Positions 49,300 through 61,013 of a stretch of 64,000 nt of DNA are shown piece by piece. The notes under the pieces were generated by a model. The model saw nothing but the letters and a program-made list of their open reading frames with translations, did not search any database and had not been told where the DNA came from. Source of the stretch: Eledone cirrhosa (taxonomy: Eukaryota); assembly GCA_964016885.1 (NCBI GenBank), contig OZ024757.1, positions 28,272,001 to 28,336,000 of the forward strand. Reading direction: 5' to 3'. The stretch's first letter is position 1. The number at the start of each line of letters is the position of its first letter. Made by a program: the position numbers and the translations under genes.

Positions 49300-49732
49300 C
49301 ATCAGCAATAACAACAACAACAACAACAACAGTAGTAGCAATAACAACAACAACAATAACTTCAATAGGAACAACAATAATAGTTGCTGCTGTTGGCAGC
49401 AAAAATAACATCAACAATAACGGTAACAACAACCATAACAGCATCAACAACAACAACAATAGCATCAACAGCTATAACAGCTACAAGCAGTACAACAACC
49501 ATAACAACTATAACATCAACAACAGTAGTAATAACAACCATAACAGCATCAACAACAACAACAATAGCATCAACAGCTATAGCAGCTACAAGCAGTACAA
49601 CAACAACAACAACTATAACATCAACAACAGTAGTAACAACAACCATAACAGCATCAACAACAACAACAATCTAAGCAGTAACAACATCTTTAACAGCTAC
49701 AACAACAATACCAACAACAACTACTACTACAA
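49300..49732. repeat. (CAA)-rich low-complexity tract with an internal tandem duplication of about 100 bp
   Basis: caaccataacagcatcaacaacaacaacaat recurs at about 49430, 49535 and 49640. Confidence 0.85.
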
Positions 49733-50099
49733 TGTTTCTATTAAACTAAAAATAAACTATTAAAAATAAACTAACATTTAAATTATTTTATTGTTTTACT
49801 TATTTCGACTGTGAATATATATACTGTAATATATGACAGGCTTCTGCACAGTTACTGTCTGCCATAAATTTTAGTCCCAAGGCTATAGTAGAAGACACTT
49901 CTTCAAGGTCCCACACAGTGGGACTGAACCAACAACCACTTGGTTGTGAAATAAATTCCTTAATGACTGAAACAAATAAAAACATGTATGTGTATGTGTG
50001 AGTATCTGTATGTGTGTGCGCGTCCTTATGTGTGTGTGCACGCCTTTATGTGTGTGTGTGAGTATCTAGATGTGTGTGTATCTGCATGTGTGTGTGTAT

Positions 50100-50425
50100 C
50101 TGTAAATTAGCCAAGGGTGTGTGTGCGTGTGTCTATGTATGTATATATGAATTAGCTAAGGTGTGTGATGTGTGTATGTGTGTGTAAATCAGCTAAACTG
50201 TGTGTAAGTGGCTATATGTTTATGAATCAGCTGAGGTGTGTGTGTGTGTGTGTACTTATAAATTAGCTAAGATATATGTGTATTTGTGTAAGTGTAAATC
50301 AGCTAAGATGTGTGTAAATTAGATAAACACAGCATGTATGTATGTATGTATGTATGTGTGTGTATATAAATTGGGTAAACAATGGCTCTGTGTGTTTGTG
50401 TGAATCTGTATAGAAATTAGCTAAA
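50100..50425. repeat. Minisatellite, aaattagctaag unit separated by (TG)n
   Basis: About 9 copies of aaat(t/c)agc(t/c)aa. Confidence 0.8.
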
Positions 50426-50699
50426 CATTGTTATGTATGTGTAACATCAAGGTTAACAACAAGGTAGTTATTGTGTATAGAATATAAACAAGAAAACATA
50501 TATTTTCAATACATTGATTATATATACTTGTTTGTGCGAGTATTCACTTGGTTCTTTATATGTCTTTGTATATCAACTCTCCTTCACCATATATATATAT
50601 ATATATATACATATATATAAGTATGTATGTATGTATGTATGTATGTATGTATGTATGTATGTATGTATGTATATATAAACACACGCACACACATATACG

Positions 50700-50730
<31 letters not shown>

Positions 50731-50742
50731 GTATATATGTAT

Positions 50743-50889
<147 letters not shown>

Positions 50890-50944
50890 TATATATATAC
50901 ACATATATATATATATATACACATATATATATATATATATACAC

Positions 50945-51013
<69 letters not shown>

Positions 51014-51052
51014 TATATATATATATATACACATATATATATATATATATAT

Positions 51053-51139
<87 letters not shown>

Positions 51140-51144
51140 TATAC

Positions 51145-51175
<31 letters not shown>

Positions 51176-51208
51176 TATACATATATATATATACACACAC
51201 ACACACAC

Positions 51209-51249
<41 letters not shown>

Positions 51250-52763
51250 TACAAGCCAGAGTCAGTTCCCGTCCCACCCTTGCAAGCAGGGAAAAAGCGG
51301 ACGTAAAATGAAATGATGATGATGATGATGATGATATATATACATATACATATATATATACACACACATATATATCTATATGAGAGAGAGAGAAACACAT
51401 GCACACACACACACACCATTGAGGCAGGACTATATGTACATCAAAACTTGAATAATTGTCTTTGTGTGTGTGTGCATGCGAGACTATACTTGTTCATACG
51501 AGAGACTTTCTTCTGACTTGAGTTTGCTCTTGTCTGTATCTTTATATAGGTTGGAAATATGGATAAAATATGAAAAAAACAAACTACTGTTGGCACTAGG
51601 CCAACAATTTGGGGGAAGAGAAAGTCCTCTGGTACTTTATTCTATCATAGAGGGCTGTAACTACATTTCCCAAAGCATGTTGGTTGATGCTCTACCCATA
51701 CTGCCAATCCACCGCCTTTATAATGCATAATAATAATAACAACAACAATTATAGTAATGATTTTTGTTTATTAGCCACAAGATCTCACACTTGGAATACA
51801 GTAAACATCATAAACATAGAGGTTACATTACATGTGGGTTTGGACAAAGTTATATATAATGCAGTAAACATTATTAACAGTGGGGAGGGTTACAATACAT
51901 ATCAGGCTGGACAGACAATGTTATATATACTACAGTAAACATTATAAGCAGAGGGGTTACAAAACATTTAGGGTTGCTCACCCACACACATGTGGGAGCC
52001 TACTAGTTAAGTTGAGTCAGAACACCCCACATACATATATACTGATTCACATGTGCATACAGACACACATACACATAGACACATGCACATGTATAGATAT
52101 ACATATACAATCACACACACATACTGCAGGTCATATGCTATAGATATGCTATAAAACTCCAAGGGCAGGATCTTTTAAAACACACTGAAGTTTTTAATAC
52201 TTTTGATACCAAAGAACCTGACACCTTCCCTGGTTCTATGATACAAAACTATTTCTTTTAATGTGCTCATATTTACCTAAAAACCTTCCATTGTAATTCT
52301 ATGAAAGAACATTCGTTATGTTCCCAACATGAGATAAATAACAAAAACGTTATTATGTTACTAAATCCCTTCAAATTGTTGATTATTTTCAAAATCATTT
52401 GAAAATCATGGGTAGTGTCTTTCATTGGAAATAAGATAATAAAAGGGTTAAAGTCATATATGGATCTAATGCTGTATTTTTCTTAGAATTGTAATTTGGA
52501 AATATATTCCTTCTTGCAGAAACAGTTTAGGATGTCTTTCATGGTGTTTTATGGCAACTTCTTCTTAAGTAGTTATTTATGCTACCTTTATAGCCATTTT
52601 AAAGGTATTTTCATTATAAACTTTATTCTTATATTTGACTGATTCCTTTTAAACCAACCAAAAACTCATTGCTAACTTCCACTTGAGAGCAATTCTCACA
52701 GAATGCCAATTGCTACATCACCATACATCAATATTTATAGAACCAACATTTCCTTTGTCTCAC

Positions 52764-52802
<39 letters not shown>

Positions 52803-53270
52803 CATCATTTAAATTCTATTTTACATGCTTGCCTGGTTGTCATAGATTACAGTTGAACTGGTCTGGTCAGGTGACCCTGTCTTGTGCATACACTCTATTT
52901 TTGGCTCGGTTTATATGGTTGGATTCCCTTCCTGAAGCCAACAACTTTACGGCATGTGCAGGGATCATTTCATCATGATTCTGGCACTATCACTTAACAG
53001 AGTGGATTGAGTGCTTTTTTCATAGCACCAGTACTATATATATAAACATATATATAACGAAGGAAGTGTGGTAAGGAACCAGATGGACCATAACGTACCA
53101 GAGTACTCAATACTTAGGGTAGTAGAGTGGGTAATAGGAAAATGTTTAACCCCGACGGCAGATCTCAAGCCGTTTCGACGGCTATTTCTGGACGTTTATA
53201 TATATATATATATGTTTATATATGTGTTTATATATATGTGTTTATATATATGTGTCTATATATATGTGTT

Positions 53271-53301
<31 letters not shown>

Positions 53302-54403
53302 CCATCAACACCCATTAACATTTATTTTCCATTCATGCATGGGTTGATAACCTGTCTTACCCATGCAAATATGCAAAATAAACGTTAAACAGTGATGATG
53401 ATGATACATACGTTTTATATAACTCTATAACTCTTGTATAGATCCAGACAGCATACAATTTATGGATTTTCTGTGTAATTTGGTGTGAAACAAATACCAC
53501 ATAGAATATTTTTTATTCTAAAGTACTATTTATTTTTTACAGTTTCTCTACAAGTACTACTGAACTATTCGAGGGTCTGTAGCACCATATTTCTAACTTT
53601 AAATATGGTAACTCTTGACTCTCTTGAAAAAAGTATAAGTCTGTCTTTGCTTTACTTATTCCAACTAATTCTTTGGCTTCTATTTCTTGGAATTGTTTAT
53701 TCTAACATCGTGTTGATATGGTACTTTGACATTCATCACATTTAAAAGTAATCAACATATGACCTTTAACAACCTGTACACACTTCAATCTGAGTTGTTA
53801 GCAGTTTCACACATTGCCGAAAGGTGTGTTTTCAGTGGCTGTGTGCTGTTGTTGTTCACAGTCTATTCAAATCTACTCAATTCTTCAAACATTTTCAAAA
53901 ACAAAACAAAGAACAACTAAAAATACAAAAAATAACTACAAACAAACCCAATTTTCAATATAACAATTAATTCTGATTGTAAAAGCGTAGATAAACAAAA
54001 TATTTTTATAAACCTATGTCTTATTTTATTTATTTCTATATTATATTATATTACAATTTGTGAACAATAGAATAATTGGTTAAAGATTTGCAATGGGTCA
54101 ATCACTAGTTCACAGTGTTTTTGATGGTGACAGTGACAGGGGATTGTTTGTATAACTCAGTGTGGAACAAATACCACACACAGTAATTTTTATTGTAAAC
54201 TATTAGCTTATACCGTTTATCACTGATGCTTACATAGTTTGTCCATATACATTAGCAATATACATGTAGAATTCAGATAAAGTGCAATTGCAGCATTTTT
54301 TCTGGCTCTTTACATTATGAGCTCAAATCCTACTGAGGTCAACTTTACCTTTCATCCTCCTGGGGTTGATAAATTTAAGTACAAGTTAAGTACCGAGGTT
54401 GAT

Positions 54404-54705
54404 TTACCCTTTAACATTTAAACTGGCCGTAGCTGGCCATGTATTAAATTATACAAATTTGTATGAAGCTGTGATCCTTTAACTCTTTAGCATTTACATT
54501 ACTCTATATTTATTATTATATTTTTGTGGTAAAGGCTTTACCTCATATAATTATCTCACATAATATTGAATCTAGGAGATTTTGATATTATTTATTTTGA
54601 GAACAATACCTTAATGTCATGTGCGCAACCGGTTACAGCTGGTTTGAATAGAAAGAGGTGAGAAAATTCCAGCCAGATATGGCCAGTTTAAATGCTAAAG
54701 GGTTA
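54404..54705. mobile_element. MITE with about 24-bp terminal inverted repeats (piggyBac-like termini)
   Basis: taccctttaacatttaaactggcc at the left end, ggccagtttaaatgctaaagggtta at the right end. Confidence 0.6.
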
Positions 54706-56417
54706 TGGTCCAGTAATACACTTTCTGGGTAGCTGCCTAGTTAGCTTTAATGGTAGCGTCGACCCTGTACATAGATATAATTTTACAAAGTCCAGACAGC
54801 ATACATTTACTTGGTTGACTTTGTAACTCATTAGTGTGGAACAAATAGCACACAGGGTAATTTTATTCTAAAGTACTTTGTGGTGGGGAGGGGTGATGGT
54901 GGTGATGATGATAATAACGATGTTGATAGTGTTAATGATTATGATAGTGATGATGATGGTGGTGGAGATGGTAACGGTGATGATGATGATGATGATGGTA
55001 TACCTCTCAGAGCTGAAGACAATTCTAAAATCTATTTAGTTCAGCAAATCTATATAAATGTATGTTAGAAGTATTATTAGAAACAAAAGCCACCAATAAC
55101 AGATTTCCCCTGGAATAAACCAATTATGGAGAACCATCTTGTCTTCTAGTCTCTAATCAATACATTGACCATCACCATGACCATCAGTGTCATCAGCAGC
55201 AGCTCTTCATTGTATCTATAAATGTATTTTATCAATTGCTTTAGGGAAATGGTAATGATTTTCAAGCACAAGGAAGTAACAAATAGGTTATCTATTTCTC
55301 ATCTACAATAATTATAACATCTATCCAGACAGTATACACACTTACTGCTTATGTCTCTGTCTTCCTGTCTATTTGGTATCTTATATAAATTTCAATGCAC
55401 ACACACAGATATATATTTTATTATTATTTATAAACATAGCATCTATTATGCTACCTTAGGTTTCAAAGCATAGGCATATAGCATAATATATGTTATGTGT
55501 ATGAATCGTAATAAATTAGTACTTTTCATGAGATAGAGCACTCTGTTCCTTTTTCTGACTATGGGCATTTTCACTGTATATATATATACACACACACACA
55601 CACACATGCATGCATATATACACCCTTACCACCAAAAAACTGAGGTTGTCAGCTCTGAGTAGCTGATGGACGGAAAGGTTGTTTGTTTTGTCTTGTCTTT
55701 CATTTCAATTTTACATTTACTAAATGCTACACAATAATTTTTCTCTCTGATTCCTTGACTCACTATATATATAACTTGCTAAACAGAAGCTATATATATA
55801 TATATATATGCACACATACATAACCTACTAAATAAAAGCTGGAGGGGATTCTTCAGTTGTGCCTAAGTCATGACAACTTCCTTAGTACTAGTGACACAAT
55901 AAAATGCACCCAATGCACTCTGTAAGCAAGATTCAGGCCTTCTGGCATATCTGAGAAGCCAGTAGTTCAGATTGATGGAGGTTAAACGATGATGATGATG
56001 ATGTAATGACCTGTCTAACTTTTGGTAGCAGAGAAAATGGTTGTTTTGTTTCATTTATTAACTATATATAAATACATATATTTGTTTTTAAATATTTGGG
56101 CACATATAAATGAAAGTATTAAGTGTACTGTACTCCAACATGGGGTTGTGTAAATCTATGGATATCTTCATCTGTTCTCATTTAACAATAAGGAAGTAAA
56201 AATCTTCTCCCACTGCTGATATTTTATAGATATCATATGGGCAACTGTGTGATATGAATAATATTCCAATAGTTCTAAATAGACAGAGATCAACTCAGTA
56301 ATTTACAGGTTAGCTGAGGCTAGAGAAGTCATTCTAACATATTAATTCGACTAAATGATTTATGTTCATTATTTTCATATACTGATATATTTCTATATAG
56401 ATATGTGTATCTATGTA

Positions 56418-56495
<78 letters not shown>

Positions 56496-56972
56496 TTACA
56501 AATACACAGATTACAGACACACACGCATGTATATATTTATGTTTGTATAAAGCTTGCTCTCTCTCTCTGTCTCTCTCTCTCATATATAATATTACCTTAT
56601 ACATCAGAACAAGGCTACATCATAATCGTGATTTTATGTCCTTGTTCCATAGTAGCATGGGTTGGACTGGTCATCACAGTTTGACTCAGACTGCTCAAAG
56701 AACCAAAACCTGCTCCATATTTGGCAATACAAATTAAAATATTTAATACTTTGGTGGGGTTGTGTGATTAATGTTCTGTATGTTATTCTATCAAACATAT
56801 ATATATATATATATGTGTGTGTATATATATATTATATACACACACAGCCATAGAAACTTAGCCAGAAACAGTTCTCTATGAGCAAGACACGGTCACCTGA
56901 CCCAACTTGACTCAAACGGGACAACCCATCTCACTCATGCTAGCATGGAAAATAGACGTTAAACGATGATGA

Positions 56973-57023
<51 letters not shown>

Positions 57024-57983
57024 TTATGTATGTGTTTAAAAGGGGGTTAAGATCATTTGTACCTGTGATTCAAAGAAACAGTTTTATCACATGCTGTGCC
57101 ATTCTGAATCTCTCTGAGAATTACATTAAGAGTGCACATATCTGTGGAATGCTCGGGCACTTGCATGTTAATTTCATGAACAGATCATCCCATTGATCAA
57201 ACAAGTAAAACACTCATTACCAGTACTGGTGGAGCTCCAACAACAATAATGTCAAACAATATATATATAATTGAGGACAAAAACACACTGACATGCATGG
57301 TCACACACATATACAGACACAGATATGACTTTGTATACACACAGACACACACACACTGACACACACACACACACACCACAGAGAAAATATGAAGTTTATT
57401 TTTCATGTTTTCACACAAAATGACATCTACAATTTTTATTTATAGATAATGATAATAATACTAATAAAGATATTTTAGAAAAGAAGGTAGATCAAAATAA
57501 AAGTAAATAAATAAGTAAATTCCATATTTTTCAAATTTTTATAAAAATTATATTATTGAAAAAAATTTTTTCATTATCAAATTAGATTTATATCATCATC
57601 GTTATTAATATTTGCACAATTATCCTATAAATTGTATAAAGTAAAAACAGAAACGGTAAAATTCCTTCTTTTTCTTTTCCCCTCTTTTTCTTCATACTTA
57701 TTTACATTATTATTTTAATCTAGAAATATTACAAACATGATTCTTGTTATTTTTTGTATTATACCCCCTCCTCTCTTCATTCCTTAAAAGCAAGCTAAAG
57801 ACAGTTAACTTTATATAAAATTTCACCTGCACTTAATATCTCTGTATACTTATTTAACTCATTATTTTATTGTTTATATATGTATGTATATATATATAAT
57901 TATATATATGTAAATGTATGTGTGTATGTATATATGCATATATATCATTATATATATGTGTATGTATGTGTATGTATATATAT

Positions 57984-60263
57984 ATCATCATCATCATCAT
58001 CATCAACGTTTAACGTCCGTGTTCCGCGCTTGCATGGGTTTGGACGGGGGTAGTCCCACTTGAGGCAAGAGTGATTGTCTTGCTCGCATAGGACTGTCTG
58101 GCAGGTTTTCTACAGTTGGATGCCCTTCCTAACACCAACCACATTTACAGTGTGGGTCTGGGAGGTTTTTACCGTGTTGCCTACACGGCCACATTACAGC
58201 GTGGACTGTGTGTTTTTTTGTCGTGACACCTACACGATCTCATTTGTTTCGGCCTCGATGGCGCGGCACCAACATAACTTTACATAGAACGGGGTGGTGT
58301 GGATCGGGTGGGGGTGGTGGTGGTGGGACGGGGTGTATTTTGTTAGATGCCTACTGGCTGGAGTAGGTTTTACTATATATTTAGGTAAGGCGGGTCTTCT
58401 CTGTTACTGAGTACCGCCAAAGGTCTCGGTCCAGTGACATTGTCTTGGAGAGGTGTAAGTGTGTGATGTCGGAGTTTATCAGCTCGTCCCAGGTTTTTCT
58501 AGGTCTGCTTATTCCGTGACTACCGTCTATCTTTATTGCCCTGCACTTTGTTATACAGCTATCGACTTTCATGCGCATCACGTGTCCATACCAACGTAGC
58601 CTTCTCTCGAGTAAACAACATCTGATCCCTCTTATCTCTAATTTTTTCCTTAGTTCGTTTATGCTTTGCCGTTCACGTATATTACTGTTACACATCCAGC
58701 GGAGCATGCAAGCTTCGTTCCTCTCTAGTCTGCGTATATCCTCTGCACACAATGCCCAGGTCTCACTGCCATGCAGCATTGCTGTTCGTATGCAGGCATC
58801 GTACAACCTGCCTTTCATTTTTAGTGAGAACCCTTTAGCAGCTAATAGTGGTATAAGCTCTCTGAACTTTTTCCAACCAGTTCTGACTCTAGCTACAGTA
58901 CTTTCAGAGCACCCTCCCCCACTGCTGATTTTATCGCCCAGGTAACGGAAGCTGTCCACTATTTCTATAGAACCCTCTGCGCAATTGAAAGAGCTAGTAG
59001 TTTGTGGGCACTTGCTGCTACTTATTGCACCAGAGCACCGGCCACATGTAAAATCTATGTTCTTAGTTAGCTTACCTGTGATCCCACTACATCTTTTATG
59101 CACCCATACTTTGCATTTAGGACATAAAATGGAGTTTCTACCTACGCCTTTCCTACACACCGAGCACGACCATTTCCCAGAAGGGACCGCCGCCTTGTTT
59201 TCTTTCCTACAAACTAGTACTTTGGTCTTAGCCAGGTTAATTTTAAGTCCTTTTGACTCTAGGCCGTGCTTCCATGTTTGGAATTTCTTCTCTAGCTCGG
59301 CCATTGATTCCGCTATGAGTGTCAGGTCGTCTGCGTATAGGAGTTCCCATGGGCAGCCTGTCTTGAACTCCTCTGTTATAGCCTGAAGGGCAATAATAAA
59401 TAGTAGTGGACTGAGAACAGAGCCCTGATGGACGCCAACTTTTACGCTAAACTCTTCACTATATTCGTTGTTAATTCTAACCTTGCTGACTGTTTCTTTA
59501 TACATGGCTTGTATAGCCCTCACAAGCCATTCGTCAACGCCTAGTTTTCTAAGAGCCCACCAGATAATGGAGCGGGGGACTCTGTCGAAGGCTTTCTCCA
59601 AGTCGACAAAAGCTAAGTAGAGGGGTTTACCTTTAGCTAGGTACTTCTCCTGTAGTTGTCGTACTATGAAAAGAGCGTCTGTGGTACTTTTGCCTGACAC
59701 AAACCCGAACTGCATTTCATCTAGGTCAATTCTCTCTCTGATTAGTTGCGCTATTACTCTTTCCGTGACCTTCATGACCTGGTCGATTAATTTAATGCCT
59801 CTATAGTTACTCCTATCTAGGGCGTCTCCTTTACCCTTATAACAGTTAACGATGATGCTGCTATGCCAGTCCTTCGGAACAACCCCATTCTGTACGACTT
59901 GGTTAACTATGCGGGTGACCATGGTGTGTCCCACCGTGCCAGATGCCTTCAGCATCTCAGCAACTATTTCCGAAGGCCCAGCCGCCTTACCAGTCTTCAT
60001 ATCCTTGATTGCCTTACTTATTATACTCCCCTCGACTAACACTGCTGGTCCCTCGATTGGGTCGATATGGGGGAGACTGCCTTTCTCCCAATTATTCTCC
60101 TCATTTAGAAGCCTTTCATAGTGACACTTCCAAGCTACCTTCTTATCAGCGTCGGTGATGGCAAGTGTGCCATCGTCGTTTAGTACACACTTCTCCCCGA
60201 CAATATCACGGTTTTCCTTGACGCATTGCCTAGCAATCCTGAACACCTCACGTTTTTGGTCAT
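57984..60263 (-). mobile_element. RTE-clade LINE, 5'-truncated second copy
   Basis: Colinear with the copy at 61014 onward (ORF offset 3028); identity ends at ...tttttggtcat (60263), where a TA tract begins; same 3' UTR and (ATG)n tail. Confidence 0.95.
58381..60263 (-). CDS. RTE reverse transcriptase ORF, uninterrupted but lacking the endonuclease (5'-truncated)
   Basis: 621-aa ORF in the track with the same RT motifs; differs from the downstream copy at 3 residues (K/R, K/N, S/G). Confidence 0.85.
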
Positions 60264-60424
60264 ATATATATGTATGTATATATATATATATGTATGTATA
60301 TATATATATATGTATGTATATATATATATATATGTATGTATATATATATATATATGTATGTATATATATATATATATGTATGTATATATATATATATATA
60401 TGTATGTATATATATATATGTATG

Positions 60425-60459
<35 letters not shown>

Positions 60460-60506
60460 GTATGTATATATATATGTATATATATATATGTATGTATATA
60501 TATATG

Positions 60507-60559
<53 letters not shown>

Positions 60560-60638
60560 GTATATATATATGTATATATATATGTATATATATATGTATA
60601 TATATATGTATGTATATATATATGTATATATATGTATG

Positions 60639-60678
<40 letters not shown>

Positions 60679-61013
60679 TATGTGTATATATATATATGTA
60701 TGTATATATATATATGTGTATATATATATATGTATGTATATATATATGTGTATGTATATATATATATGTGTATGTATATATATATATGTGTATGTATATA
60801 TATATGTGTATGTATATATATGTATATGTATGTATGTATATGTATATGTATGTATGTATATGTATGTATATATATATATATGTATGTATATATATATATA
60901 TGTATGTATATTTATATGTATGTATATTTATATGTATGTATATATGTATGTATGTATATATATATGTATGTATATATATATGTATGTATATATATATATA
61001 TGTATGTATATAT
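60264..61013. repeat. Compound (TA)n/(TATG)n microsatellite between the two RTE copies
   Basis: Direct inspection. Confidence 0.95.
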
